Positions 28,917 through 39,027 are shown, numbered from the stretch's first letter. The stretch is DNA of 64,000 nucleotides from an uncultured virus (IMG/VR IMGVR_UViG_3300018417_002450) (IMGVR_UViG_3300018417_002450); one strand, 5' to 3'. The notes: generated by a model not told the origin, from the sequence alone. Made by a program: numbers and translations.

Positions 28917-29599
28917 TATATCTCCTCAAATAAAACGTTGTCAACGTAACGATTTTTATCCTCTTCAGAGATTCCCATTGCCGAAATTGAACGATGCAAA
29001 TGAGGATTCATTTTTTGATTAGTACAATATTTATTTAAAAGATAAGTAGTATCTCTATCAGATTTAAACGCGTTTTGTTCTATATTTTCTAAATAATAAT
29101 CGAGCAAACAACTTGTAACTTTAATAAATTGTTCGAGTTCTTCGTCAGTATTAATATTGCCAACTGCAATCATGTTTTCTGAAAAAATCTCTTGAGCCCA
29201 AGGTGGAAGTTCGCGAGCTTTGACCCACTCTAAACTTTTTACTTTATGAGCCATAAAATCTGTATATGGATGCGGCCGTCCATGTAAAGGACTATAATCC
29301 ATAAATGAACCGGTAACTTTTTTAGGACCGGCTACAATATCAAATCCAAGAATAGGAAGTTCAATACCTGGCTTTGGAAATACATTTACATGCATAAGCC
29401 ATAGACCTCTACCGTTCTCAGGTACGATTGTTTTAAGATGTGCTTTTGATACAATATCAGATTTCCAAAAGTTATCTCTCCATCCTGGAAATCTCATGCC
29501 GTCATCATATTTTGGATTATCAAATTTTGTTAAATGCTTATTGAACTGATTTTCAATATGAGTTGCTAATCCGTCAAGTTTGATCCACAGTGGGTGCAT
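28916..29599 (-). CDS. ferredoxin-dependent bilin reductase (PcyX/PcyA-like)
   Basis: KAHL, MHVNVFP, LPILGFDIV, DYSP, RELPPWAQEIFS, YCTNQKMNPH. Confidence 0.85.
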   Translation of the reverse strand: MHPLWIKLDGLATHIENQFNKHLTKFDNPKYDDGMRFPGWRDNFWKSDIVSKAHLKTIVPENGRGLWLMHVNVFPKPGIELPILGFDIVAGPKKVTGSFMDYSPLHGRPHPYTDFMAHKVKSLEWVKARELPPWAQEIFSENMIAVGNINTDEELEQFIKVTSCLLDYYLENIEQNAFKSDRDTTYLLNKYCTNQKMNPHLHRSISAMGISEEDKNRYVDNVLFEEI

Positions 29600-29759
29600 T
29601 TTTTTTCTCCAACGACCATGTGCCGTCTTTGTTGTCTATCCAAACCAAAGTATCACCGACAGTCCATCCCATTTGATCCATCAGTTCATCGGTAAGTTGC
29701 AAATAAAGATCCCCAGATTGAGGATCTTTATCGACTGTTAAAGTCTTAAGATTTTCCAT
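29574..29759 (-). CDS. AbrB/MazE-like small protein
   Basis: GDLYLQLTDELMDQMGWTVGDTLVW. Confidence 0.65.
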   Translation of the reverse strand: MENLKTLTVDKDPQSGDLYLQLTDELMDQMGWTVGDTLVWIDNKDGTWSLEKKNAPTVDQT

Positions 29760-29922
29760 TTTTTCTTGCGCGGCGAGACTTTGCCCAATGTGCTATAGTT
29801 CGCTGCTCCCGAATTTGTTTTGTTTCTTTCCTTCGAGCCCTTGCAGACTCACTTCGTAACATTCTATCGGATTTTTTATAATCTTTGAATTCGATATCTT
29901 CGTATGATACATTTTCTTGCAT
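29746..29922 (-). CDS. small basic hypothetical protein, 58 aa (not in ORF track)
   Basis: GGAGG RBS; MQENVSYEDIEFKDYKKSDRMLRSESARARRKETKQIRE... Confidence 0.5.
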   Translation of the reverse strand: MQENVSYEDIEFKDYKKSDRMLRSESARARRKETKQIREQRTIAHWAKSRRARKNGKS

Positions 29923-29970
29923 ATCATTCTCCTCCTATTGTTACTTAGATATATTATATTATAAAGCTGA

Positions 29971-30540
29971 CTAAATGTCAACCGTTTCGTTCTCCATTTC
30001 TTTGGATAACTCATCAAATAATTGTGAAGCGAAGTCAAAACATTTTTTTGCTTCCTCAGCCATACTGTCATCGAGAAGTTCTCTAAACTTTTCAATTAAT
30101 TCTTTAGTATCGCCGTCGAACTCGTACATCAGTCCGTTGCCGGGAATTTTTTTCTTAATCATTTGTCCACCATGTAACTCGCCAAAATGACGAACATACA
30201 TGTGAGCTAGCAATGCGTGATTATTTTCTTCTTCTTGAAGTTTCCAGATATGTTGTTCATAGTCATAAACTGACTGAGGAAACTCTCCGGTAGGACTTAA
30301 ATTATAAGCATCTTCGAGCTCTCGAATATCTTCAAAAATACGACGAGCTCTTTTAATACGATTTAAGTTTGGTGGTATAATTGCTGCTTGCTCAAGTACA
30401 TTATAGTTCATGTATTGACAAGTAAGAAATTTATGATATAGTTTTGGATCGATTTTGCCAGAAAGAAGTACTTTTGCAAATGCTCTTCTTTCAGCTGCTT
30501 GGTGGTGAGCCCATGTGAGCTCTTTCAATTTAAGGGACAT
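29971..30540 (-). CDS. heme oxygenase (biliverdin-forming)
   Basis: LKELTWAHHQAAE (proximal His), AHMYVRHFGELHGGQMI, EAKKCF; start at ATG 30540 with GGAGG; TATAAATA at 30567-30574. Confidence 0.9.
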   Translation of the reverse strand: MSLKLKELTWAHHQAAERRAFAKVLLSGKIDPKLYHKFLTCQYMNYNVLEQAAIIPPNLNRIKRARRIFEDIRELEDAYNLSPTGEFPQSVYDYEQHIWKLQEEENNHALLAHMYVRHFGELHGGQMIKKKIPGNGLMYEFDGDTKELIEKFRELLDDSMAEEAKKCFDFASQLFDELSKEMENETVDI

Positions 30541-30634
30541 AATAAACCTCCAGCTGTTGTTTATTATATTTATAATGACCAACGGGGCCCCGAAAGGCCC
30601 CGCTACCAAGATTTTTCTATAGGTTTCTCTCAGC

Positions 30635-31411
30635 TTAGAAGCTGAATGAAACAGATGCAGTAGGTGTCAATTCTTCGTTGTCTAGGTTATATGTAGCACC
30701 AGCTTCTAGATCAATACCTAGAAGTGTGTACTCATAAGAACCACCTACGTTTTGAAGCATTTCATCTTGATCGCCATTTACGAATACCGTAGCACCGAAC
30801 GCGCCAGCATCTACTTCAAATCCAATATCTTCTGATTCTGACTCATAAGTAACAGCAGCACCAAGTCCAATATTGTCGTTCAACAGATAATCATTGCGGG
30901 CACCAACCGCAAACTCTTCTTTGTCTAAGTTGTATGAACCTGCGGCCTGCAGATTAATAAGACCAACGTTCATTTCGTACATACCACCGACTGTTTCGAT
31001 TTCTGTTGCATCTGCTTCGATATCTTTCCAGCTAACGCCCATTTGTGCGCCAAGGGCTTTTACTTGGATAGATTCTTTCATGGCTGGATCAGCCATTGTT
31101 GAACCGTCTTCTGTGTCGATCCAAACATTTCCTTGATCTCCAAATGAGATCATTGCGTCCCCGTTAACTACAGTACCAACTTGCCACTCATCAAGAGTAA
31201 CATCACCGTCTGTGTTTACGTCTAAATCAATAGCAGCGAATGCAGGTACTGATGTACCCATAGACGCGATTCCTAGATCAAAAGATGTAGTAGCACCCCA
31301 TTTGTCGTCTGCGTTTTCTGCGATTTCAGTTGTAATTTTTCCGCCCATATCTGCTGCTGATACTGAACCAGCGAAAAAAACAAGTGCTGTAGTAGTTAAA
31401 AGTTTATTCAT
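30635..31411 (-). CDS. outer-membrane porin-like beta-barrel protein
   Basis: Signal peptide MNKLLTTTALVFFAGSVSA, amphipathic strands, C-terminal ASVSFSF; RBS before 31411. Confidence 0.75.
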   Translation of the reverse strand: MNKLLTTTALVFFAGSVSAADMGGKITTEIAENADDKWGATTSFDLGIASMGTSVPAFAAIDLDVNTDGDVTLDEWQVGTVVNGDAMISFGDQGNVWIDTEDGSTMADPAMKESIQVKALGAQMGVSWKDIEADATEIETVGGMYEMNVGLINLQAAGSYNLDKEEFAVGARNDYLLNDNIGLGAAVTYESESEDIGFEVDAGAFGATVFVNGDQDEMLQNVGGSYEYTLLGIDLEAGATYNLDNEELTPTASVSFSF

Positions 31412-31443
31412 CTTTTGTCCTTTCTTATTAATTTTTAAATGAA

Positions 31444-31762
31444 TGTGCCACTTTTCTGTTGCTAGGTAAGTGGCCAACCCCCTGTGTTATGCAGCTAGTG
31501 CGTAACCAGATGGTGCAAAATTATCGTTTGCATTTGTAGTTTTTGGCTGAATAACGTAGGCCAACACGGTGAACTCCACTCAACTATTCCGTTCGTCGAT
31601 CCTAATTCGCCCCCATCATAAATGCACTAACTTCGACCACCCATACGGGCCATCTATGTTCTGCAAAACTTCCTGTTGCAGCAGGACATAATGCATTTAT
31701 GGTGGAGGCGTCGGGAATCGCACCCGAGTCCGATCCGTTTTTATCTTGTTTCAACGTCCACA
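31444..31762 (-). ncRNA. ssrA: circularly permuted two-piece tmRNA, tag ANDNFAPSGYALAA
   Basis: Acceptor piece ends CGCCTCCACCA at 31700; coding piece starts GGGGGCGAATTAGGATCGAC at 31614; G3-U70 pair; tag at 31531-31487; outer ends approximate. Confidence 0.93.
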
Positions 31763-31767
31763 TTCTA

Positions 31768-31808
31768 TATATACATCAAAAGGGGCTGAATGTCAACCCC
31801 TTTTTTTA
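31768..31808 (-). promoter_or_regulatory. tmRNA promoter overlapping the pstS terminator hairpin
   Basis: AAAAGGGG-TTGACATTCAG-CCCCTTTT; TTGACA-N17-TATATA. Confidence 0.65.
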
Positions 31809-31850
31809 ACTTTTTTTATATTGACAAAAATGTCACACTAATAAAGCCAC

Positions 31851-32834
31851 TTAAAGTCCAGCGACCATGTCTTGTGTGGCTGCCAGCTCAGGATCAGATA
31901 CCAAACCATAGTCAGCAAGAGGACTATCAGGGCCAGCCATTTCATCTGAGATAAAGAACTCAATGTATTCACGTAGTCCAGGAATTTCATCTAAATGCTC
32001 CGTTTTTACATAGAATTGCAAAGGACGAGAGATAGGATATTCACCAGATGCAATTGTTTCAGTTGAAGGCGCAACACCATTTACATTTGCCGCATAGATT
32101 GAATCTGTATTATTCAACAAAAATGACAGACCAAATACGCCAATACCATTTGGATTGTTTTTCAACCGAGCAAGAGTTTCTGTATAATCACCATCAATAT
32201 CAATGCTTACACCATCAGTACGAACTTTCATACATTCTTTTTCGGCTTTCTTTTTATCTCCACCGTTCTGTTTAAAGAACAAGTCATATGAACCAGCTGC
32301 TTTACAACCTGCTGTCATAACCTTCTTATCAAACACTTCACGTGTACCATGCTTGGTGCCTGGAATGAATGTTTTAATAGCACGATCTGGGAATGATGGA
32401 TCTACATCTTTCCAGTTTGTTGCATTTGATTTATCTGATACTGCCAAATAGATATGCATAGGTGTAATATTTTCAAACCCCTTTGTTTCTAAGCGGCTTG
32501 CAAATACGATACCATCATATCCAATACGAACTTCAACAGGTGCGCTTACACCGTTTTCAGCACAACGGTCAATATCTGATTGCTTAATATGTGATGATGA
32601 GTTTGCAATATCAATAGTGTTTGATCCAACACCCTCACATAATCTTTTACGTCCAGCACCTGAGCCACCTGACTCGATTACTGGTGTTGGAAAATCAAAG
32701 TTTTCTCCAAAAGCTTCTGCAACAATTGCTGCATAAGGTAGTACTGTTGATGAACCGGCAACATGCACTTGATCACGAGCCGCTACTGCTGTTGCCGTGA
32801 GTGTGACTGCGGCCGCTAATATTAAATTTTTCAT
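31851..32834 (-). CDS. pstS: phosphate ABC transporter periplasmic binding protein
   Basis: Signal peptide, AGSSTVLP, GGSGAG, DIANSS, GYDGIV, HGTREVF, YPISRPL. Confidence 0.93.
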   Translation of the reverse strand: MKNLILAAAVTLTATAVAARDQVHVAGSSTVLPYAAIVAEAFGENFDFPTPVIESGGSGAGRKRLCEGVGSNTIDIANSSSHIKQSDIDRCAENGVSAPVEVRIGYDGIVFASRLETKGFENITPMHIYLAVSDKSNATNWKDVDPSFPDRAIKTFIPGTKHGTREVFDKKVMTAGCKAAGSYDLFFKQNGGDKKKAEKECMKVRTDGVSIDIDGDYTETLARLKNNPNGIGVFGLSFLLNNTDSIYAANVNGVAPSTETIASGEYPISRPLQFYVKTEHLDEIPGLREYIEFFISDEMAGPDSPLADYGLVSDPELAATQDMVAGL

Positions 32835-32918
32835 GGAATTCCTTTCTTGTTTAGTATTTCAACTAATACGTTACACTATAAGCCACTACAGCCTATATAC
32901 ACTATATATCACGCAATT

Positions 32919-32958
32919 GTAACAAAAGTATAACAGTGTTATAAAGGTTTTGTAATAA
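32919..32958 (-). promoter_or_regulatory. Pho box array upstream of pstS
   Basis: Heptamers TTATTAC/CCTTTAT/CTGTTAT/TTGTTAC at an 11-nt period; -10-like TATATA 10 nt downstream. Confidence 0.7.
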
Positions 32959-32962
32959 ATGC

Positions 32963-32993
32963 AAAAAGGGAGAAATAAATTCTCCCTTTGTTT
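32963..32993 (-). terminator. intrinsic terminator
   Basis: AAAGGGAGAA-TTTAT-TTCTCCCTTTTT. Confidence 0.7.
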
Positions 32994-33020
32994 ACTATAT
33001 GAAATTTTTAAGAATTGGGT

Positions 33021-33272
33021 CTACCATTCTTTTTTGTTACCGAGCTCTTCATTATCATTATAGCCTTTTGTGTAGGCAGTAATTTCTTCAGCCGTCATAT
33101 CAGCCATTTCAACTCTTTCAGATTGATATGTGGAACCTTCGTAATAGTGAGGATCAAAGCCACGACCATAGTAGCTATCAGCCGAGCCACGGTCGTATGG
33201 ACCTCCGTGGCGTTCGTCATATTGCTCAAGATAATCACCGGCAGTTGTAAATTTAAGATCGCTCATTACCAA
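33021..33272 (-). CDS. hypothetical early protein
   Basis: HGGPYDRGSADSYYGR...EITAYTKGY. Confidence 0.7.
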   Translation of the reverse strand: MVMSDLKFTTAGDYLEQYDERHGGPYDRGSADSYYGRGFDPHYYEGSTYQSERVEMADMTAEEITAYTKGYNDNEELGNKKEW

Positions 33273-33454
33273 GCACCTCCTTGAAGTTTGAATTCAACTT
33301 GACGAAAAACTTTGGATTGCTCTGTTATATATGATTGAGCTTTTTCCATTGCCTTCTCAGCACCGAGTTCATCAATGCTATAGCTTATAGTCATACCAAA
33401 CTCGTCTTGAGCTGGTGCTTTTGACATCACCATGATCCACTGTTGCTTTTTCAT
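33266..33454 (-). CDS. hypothetical early protein
   Basis: ORF with RBS in an early operon. Confidence 0.6.
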   Translation of the reverse strand: MKKQQWIMVMSKAPAQDEFGMTISYSIDELGAEKAMEKAQSYITEQSKVFRQVEFKLQGGAW

Positions 33455-33456
33455 AC

Positions 33457-33738
33457 TTACGCCTCCATACCAAGAAAATCAGTTTTAAGAACTTGCAAAC
33501 GGTCATAAGCAATATCTAGATCAAACTCATCTGCAAGTTTTTCGAATGCCTCATCGATATATGTTGACTTGTAAAAGTCAGACAAACCCATGTACATATC
33601 AGACTCAACGAAATTCCAGAAATCAGTTGAACCAACGCCAGGACGACGATTGAATTCATCTTGAGTTGCTTTATCAAAGCACTCAACGATATCTGCGTGG
33701 ATTGCTGAGCCATTATCTAGGTGTACGATTCTTGACAT
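33457..33738 (-). CDS. hypothetical early protein
   Basis: FWNFVESD motif; first gene after the promoter. Confidence 0.7.
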   Translation of the reverse strand: MSRIVHLDNGSAIHADIVECFDKATQDEFNRRPGVGSTDFWNFVESDMYMGLSDFYKSTYIDEAFEKLADEFDLDIAYDRLQVLKTDFLGMEA

Positions 33739-33769
33739 TTTTATTTCCTTTGTTTTTCCTTATATTAAT

Positions 33770-33798
33770 AATATAGTACTTTTTCAGGGTAATGTCAA
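33770..33798 (-). promoter_or_regulatory. early sigma70-type promoter
   Basis: AAAAAAGGG-TTGACA-N17-TATATT. Confidence 0.75.
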
Positions 33799-33869
33799 CC
33801 CTTTTTTCAAATAAAATGAAAAAACGTTTGTAATGAAATCAATGGCTTATAAAAAAGTTGAAAAAAAAA

Positions 33870-34115
33870 TCAATCGTATCCAAGGACAGCAACTGATTCT
33901 AACTCTTTTGATAATTTATCTGCTTCTCTGGCTTTCCAAGCTTGCTCAAAACCTACTAATCCATATTCAGCTCTTTCACAATTACCCCAGAGTCTTTTAA
34001 TATATGAATTGTAAGTAGCTTCAGTATCTTTGTCTGAAGTGTTTGGATGTAGTAAATGGCCTTTTACTAACCAGTTCAAACGGTTGGCTTCTTTACGTAC
34101 AAATGGACTGCACAT
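33870..34115 (-). CDS. hypothetical protein
   Basis: AAAGGAGG before ATG 34115 (MCSPFVRKEANR). Confidence 0.65.
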   Translation of the reverse strand: MCSPFVRKEANRLNWLVKGHLLHPNTSDKDTEATYNSYIKRLWGNCERAEYGLVGFEQAWKAREADKLSKELESVAVLGYD

Positions 34116-34227
34116 GGTGGGACCTCCTTTTGCAAATGCGCTCATAACAATGTAACCGTATTTATATGCAAAAGGTAAAATTGTTACCGGTAACAAAAAA
34201 TGATAACGGTAACAATTGCACTTTTTT

Positions 34228-34446
34228 TTATTCTATTTCTTCGCCACAATGTGGACAGCACTGGCCGCCCATTTGTTTCTTACATTCACGAAACAATTGG
34301 CGAAGACTTTTTGCTTCTTGGCTCCACTTTTTCATATTGCCTTTGTTGCGTTCTTCTTTTGGCTTAGCATATTCTTTTTCAATGTCTTTAAGTAGCCTTT
34401 TGAACTTTTGTTCGAACACAGGAATGAATGCCGTGTTAATTGCCAT
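34228..34446 (-). CDS. hypothetical protein with C-terminal CPHC
   Basis: ORF track. Confidence 0.6.
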   Translation of the reverse strand: MAINTAFIPVFEQKFKRLLKDIEKEYAKPKEERNKGNMKKWSQEAKSLRQLFRECKKQMGGQCCPHCGEEIE

Positions 34447-34447
34447 T

Positions 34448-34894
34448 TTACCATCTACCTTCAGATTTTACTTGTGGAAGTTGATCTAAGGCTTTTTCAA
34501 AATCGCCATGATTACCATCATGTGTTGGTGGTGTCCATCCACCTGGCTTTAGGAGATCAGGGAGCCCAAACGGGTTAGGACGTCCCGGCTTAACTCCAGG
34601 CTCTTTAGCCATATTAGCACTATAAACACGATCCCAAGCGTCATTAGCATCAACACCAAATACGTCGAGAGTGCCAATAGCAAAAACACAAAGATCAATA
34701 AGACCGTCAACGATTTCTTCAGCATCTCCATTATTGATTGCGGTAAGAGTTTCACTCAATTCCTCCTGACACATTAAAGCACGGAACATAAGATACTTAC
34801 GCATCAGTTCCTTGTTATCTTTATTTGCTTCAAACCAATCACGCACACCAAATTTGTTATGCATCATGTAAATATCATTTGCCCAATCAGACAT
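34448..34894 (-). CDS. all-alpha NTP pyrophosphohydrolase (MazG/PRA-PH superfamily)
   Basis: QEELSET...EEIVDGLIDL...WDRVYSANMAK...LLKPGGW. Confidence 0.82.
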   Translation of the reverse strand: MSDWANDIYMMHNKFGVRDWFEANKDNKELMRKYLMFRALMCQEELSETLTAINNGDAEEIVDGLIDLCVFAIGTLDVFGVDANDAWDRVYSANMAKEPGVKPGRPNPFGLPDLLKPGGWTPPTHDGNHGDFEKALDQLPQVKSEGRW

Positions 34895-35147
34895 CTAGAT
34901 TACTCCATTTTTTAAGTTTCGCGCGTTTATTTGCAATTGCTTTTTCAACGCTTTTAATATCAATTAGTTTTGCTTCTTCGAGTAGCATTACCATACACAT
35001 AAGATCACCAATTTCTTTTTCGAGATTTGTAACGTTATCTTTTAAACCAAATCGTTTGATCTTAGAACATTCAACGGTGACTTCAGCGCATTCTTCCATT
35101 ACGATAGTAAGAAGTTCCTGTTGTTTGTTACCTTCCAACATAATCAA
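34887..35147 (-). CDS. small MazG-like protein
   Basis: MEECAEV...LEKEIGDL. Confidence 0.72.
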   Translation of the reverse strand: MIMLEGNKQQELLTIVMEECAEVTVECSKIKRFGLKDNVTNLEKEIGDLMCMVMLLEEAKLIDIKSVEKAIANKRAKLKKWSNLDV

Positions 35148-36310
35148 TTTCCAATCGTAGAACTTTCAAATACTCGATTATGAGTATCATTACATCTTAT
35201 AAATGTCGTGCACTTAGAAAGTTGCTTAAGCTTTCGAGCTCCAACATATGTACAAGCAGATCTTATTCCACCTAAGATGTCTTGTATAGTTATATTAACA
35301 TCACCTTTGTATTTTGTCAATACTGTTCTTCCCTCTGACGAACGATATTCTTTTAATCCACCAAAGTGTTTATCATTTGCAGACTTAGAGCTCATTCCGT
35401 AGAACTCTACAAACTGTTTTTTCTTAATAACTTTTTCAAGGGAGCCTGCTCCGCCTTGATGGATCTCATAATCATACTCGCCAGTGTCATACCATTTATC
35501 AACTACTTCACCGCCACCTTGATCATGACCAGCGAGCATGCCACCTAGCATTACAAAATCGGCGCCCCCGCCAAAAGCCTTAGCCACATCACCAGGCACA
35601 GAGCACCCACCGTCAGCAATAATATGTCCTCCGAGTCCATGTGCCGCATCGGCGCACTCAATAACCGCCGACAATTGTGGATAGCCCACCCCAGTTTGTA
35701 TCCGAGTCGTGCACACACTCCCCGGTCCGATTCCGACTTTGACGATGTCTGCTCCATTTAAAATTAACTCCTGTGTTTGATCTGCTGTAACTACGTTACC
35801 TGCAATAATTACAATAAAAGGGAATCTTTCCCTCAGGTCTTTAATAAACTTAACAAACCTCTCGCTATATCCATTTGCAACATCTACACAAACGTATTTC
35901 AGGTTTCTACCAACTTCATTATATACATGCACAAACTTTTCCATATCTGGTTCAGTAATGCCTATACTCATTGCCGCGAATTCTGTTCGTAGATTTACTT
36001 GTGGATGAAAGAAAGAAATAAGTTCTTCAGCACTATATGTTTTGACTAGACAAGTAAACATATTGTAGCGTTCACTTAATTCGTCGGCCATTTCAAACGT
36101 ACCAACACCATCCATATTAGATGCCATAATAGGAATACCTTCATAAGTATAAGTATTAGCATCTCGCCAAGGGCTTGGATAGTATGGATTGAAGTTTTTA
36201 TAAACGAAAGATCGAGACAGACTTACGTCTTTTCTTGATCCAAGTGTACTTCTTTTAGGTCTGATTAGAACATCTTTATAATCTAATTTAAGATCATGCT
36301 CAATATGCAT
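35144..36310 (-). CDS. guaC: GMP reductase
   Basis: [48 protein letters not shown]. Confidence 0.93.
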   Translation of the reverse strand: MHIEHDLKLDYKDVLIRPKRSTLGSRKDVSLSRSFVYKNFNPYYPSPWRDANTYTYEGIPIMASNMDGVGTFEMADELSERYNMFTCLVKTYSAEELISFFHPQVNLRTEFAAMSIGITEPDMEKFVHVYNEVGRNLKYVCVDVANGYSERFVKFIKDLRERFPFIVIIAGNVVTADQTQELILNGADIVKVGIGPGSVCTTRIQTGVGYPQLSAVIECADAAHGLGGHIIADGGCSVPGDVAKAFGGGADFVMLGGMLAGHDQGGGEVVDKWYDTGEYDYEIHQGGAGSLEKVIKKKQFVEFYGMSSKSANDKHFGGLKEYRSSEGRTVLTKYKGDVNITIQDILGGIRSACTYVGARKLKQLSKCTTFIRCNDTHNRVFESSTIGN

Positions 36311-36444
36311 TACTTTTGCTCCAATTGTGCTTTAAGAATGCGAGCCTGTTTTCTTAACGGCTCGACATACTTGTCTTGTGTTTTTTCATCTTCCATTACT
36401 TTAATACGGTTTAGAAGATTTGTCAACTGTTCTTTTTTTGTCAT
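36310..36444 (-). CDS. small hypothetical protein, 44 aa (not in ORF track)
   Basis: [21 protein letters not shown]...; TAATG coupling at both ends. Confidence 0.5.
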   Translation of the reverse strand: MTKKEQLTNLLNRIKVMEDEKTQDKYVEPLRKQARILKAQLEQK

Positions 36445-38975
36445 TATACGAAAAAATCCTCGATTGAGTTTGTCTTTTCGGCAGACCATCCAAGGGCTTC
36501 GAGTATCGATTCAAGTGGGCTGAGAAAGACTTTGTTGAATTGAGTTTCGTAATCCACATACGGTGCTAAGTTAAATTCTTCTGGGAGAACCGCTGGAAAC
36601 GAGATGATATTCTCACGAATTGGATTGGGTACTTTTAGATATACGAACTTGATCTTGTCGCCAGATGTAACTGATTCATAGCGATTACTCAAGCCATTTT
36701 GTTTGAGTTGTTGGTTATATAGAATACAACCGCGAACGTGCATTGGACAACCTTTTTTGTAAGTACCGTGAGCCATATACTTTTCAATGTTGTCAGTACC
36801 TGAGTTACGACCAACAGCTTCTGGTGGAAGTTTAAAGAACTCAGATTTAAATTGAGCGATGAAGTCTTGAATTGCTTCTTCACCTTCGTTCATAATTACT
36901 TTGAATGACGCTTTGAGTTTATCACGACAAACTTCAGGAGTTGAAGATCGTACTGATTCGAGGCCGGTTACAGATACCTTAGGTTCTTCGTAATGAACAC
37001 CTTCTGAGTTGAGAGTATTCATAATGTACCGCTTCTTAGCGATAAACACAGATTTATCAGTAATCTTTTCGCGTTTCATTACCATCGCTTGACGATAAGC
37101 GTTCATACGATTTTTAAGATCGATATAACCTTTTTCGATTACTTCTTCGATCTTAGTAGCACAAACTTTATCAAGGAATTCCTCACCTTTCTTACGATCA
37201 ATATCAGTAGTACCGAACGAAGCTTTAACAAGAGGACCAAAATCAACATAGATACTATCGGTATCGATATAGATGATGTAGTCCTTATCATTTGTTTTGA
37301 GTATCTTGTTGAGATAATCATTCACAGACTTTTGAGCATATCGAATAGATAGCTGGCCTGATGTGGTAATAGCTTCAGCCATGTCGTTAATATAATAGAG
37401 GAAGTAAATATTAGCAGTTGCGCCATACAAACTGTTCATAGCAATTTTGATAGCCATTTGATTGTTATGAAGCTGTGTCTGCTGAGATTGAAGCTGACGT
37501 TTTCTTGTAGGATCAGTTTCATTTTCGATTTCTTGTTCAACTCGAAGCATGTCTTTCTTAATCAAAGAACGACGGTTGTAGTATTCGTCAATGATTTCAG
37601 GAATGATGCCGAGCTTATCTTTACGGAAACATGCACCATTTGCACACACAGCATATTCAGTGTTATTTTGGTATTTGCCGTCGAGTACCATTTCTTGTGA
37701 GATGTATTCACGATGGTCGTGCACATAAGTTTCAGGTGAAAGATTATATTGTAACATTAAGTGTGGATATAGAGAGTTAAGATCGAAAGATACAACCCAA
37801 GGATGCATGCCAACTTTTGGATCTTTAACATAACCACCAACAAGTTCACCAGCCCGTTCACCAGGTCCAGATTTAAGATGTGGTACAACTTTATCAGCCA
37901 TTAAGCGACGATATATTGTTGTTTCCCATATGCCCACCGTACCGAAGGCGTCAGAAAAGTTAACACCGCCACCATAGGCAACAGTAAGAACAAGGGACAA
38001 AAGGCCAGATTCATCCTCCATACGCTGGATGAGCTGAGTATCCTTAAGGTTATAATCAAGATAAAGCTGAGGATTTTGTTCCCAAAGTGCGTTAAGGTTT
38101 CCATATTCAGAATAGTCCAGTTTTTTCTCGCCGAGAACGACGTGAGCAATGTGGTCGAGTTTGTAAGATTCTTGTGGACCGTACTTATAGCCAAACTTTT
38201 TAAACGCATCCATGTAATCGATAACAGACATACCAGAGATTTTATAGGTACGTTGTTCTTTACCAAACTTTGTAATCGATGTTGGTTGGATCTTACCCCA
38301 AGGTGAAAGCTTTTTAGCAGCTTCTTCACCGAGCAATCGAATGATACGAGTAACAATGTATTGAACATCGAAGTACTCAACGTTCCAACCTGTTACAACT
38401 TCAGGATACTCAGATTGCCAAATTTGAATGAATCGTTGAAGCAAAGCAATCTCGGAATCAAACTTCATAAACGAAATATCATCAGGATCAATGCCGGTAA
38501 TTGTCTTTTGCTTATCGAAGTCTTTCATACCGAGTAGATGATATGTGTCAGACTTAGAAGATTTGTATGCGATTGAAGTGATTTCTTTGTCAGCAGAGTT
38601 GATGTCTGCATAGCCACCACTGATATCAACCTCGATATCGAAAGAAGCAATATTGATCTTAGACATGTCAAAGTCGACTGTGCCTGGATACTGTTCTTGA
38701 ATGTATTGAGCTACATAGTTTGTAGTACCACAGATCTCAAAGCCGTGTACACCTTCATATTGTTGTACAAAGTTACGAGCCTCGGACATCGTATCAAATC
38801 GAGTGGCACCAAGGGGGATGTCACCGAGTAACGATTTGTGTGTTGCGTTGTCACGAGCACGAACATAAAGTGTTGGTTTGAATTTTACCTTACGGGCAAA
38901 TGGCCGGCCATTTTCATAGCCACGAACGAGGATGTCATTGAACATACGTTCGACACTGGTATAGAATTTAGACAT
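36444..38975 (-). CDS. 43: T4 gp43 family B DNA polymerase
   Basis: FDIEV exonuclease [34 protein letters not shown]. Confidence 0.97.
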   Translation of the reverse strand: MSKFYTSVERMFNDILVRGYENGRPFARKVKFKPTLYVRARDNATHKSLLGDIPLGATRFDTMSEARNFVQQYEGVHGFEICGTTNYVAQYIQEQYPGTVDFDMSKINIASFDIEVDISGGYADINSADKEITSIAYKSSKSDTYHLLGMKDFDKQKTITGIDPDDISFMKFDSEIALLQRFIQIWQSEYPEVVTGWNVEYFDVQYIVTRIIRLLGEEAAKKLSPWGKIQPTSITKFGKEQRTYKISGMSVIDYMDAFKKFGYKYGPQESYKLDHIAHVVLGEKKLDYSEYGNLNALWEQNPQLYLDYNLKDTQLIQRMEDESGLLSLVLTVAYGGGVNFSDAFGTVGIWETTIYRRLMADKVVPHLKSGPGERAGELVGGYVKDPKVGMHPWVVSFDLNSLYPHLMLQYNLSPETYVHDHREYISQEMVLDGKYQNNTEYAVCANGACFRKDKLGIIPEIIDEYYNRRSLIKKDMLRVEQEIENETDPTRKRQLQSQQTQLHNNQMAIKIAMNSLYGATANIYFLYYINDMAEAITTSGQLSIRYAQKSVNDYLNKILKTNDKDYIIYIDTDSIYVDFGPLVKASFGTTDIDRKKGEEFLDKVCATKIEEVIEKGYIDLKNRMNAYRQAMVMKREKITDKSVFIAKKRYIMNTLNSEGVHYEEPKVSVTGLESVRSSTPEVCRDKLKASFKVIMNEGEEAIQDFIAQFKSEFFKLPPEAVGRNSGTDNIEKYMAHGTYKKGCPMHVRGCILYNQQLKQNGLSNRYESVTSGDKIKFVYLKVPNPIRENIISFPAVLPEEFNLAPYVDYETQFNKVFLSPLESILEALGWSAEKTNSIEDFFV

Positions 38976-39027
38976 GTTTTCTCACTTTTTGCATACTTTA
39001 TTAATATATCATAGGAAAGTGGATGTG

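Noticed and set aside
29793..30095. 100-aa ORF
   Set aside because: Overlaps the heme oxygenase out of frame; the 29746-29922 frame fills the gap better
31412..31477. ORF-track N-terminal extension of the porin
   Set aside because: Overlaps the tmRNA 3' region; RBS and signal peptide support a start at 31411
31700..31740. Stand-alone tRNA-like T arm with CCA
   Set aside because: No anticodon arm; it is the acceptor piece of the permuted tmRNA
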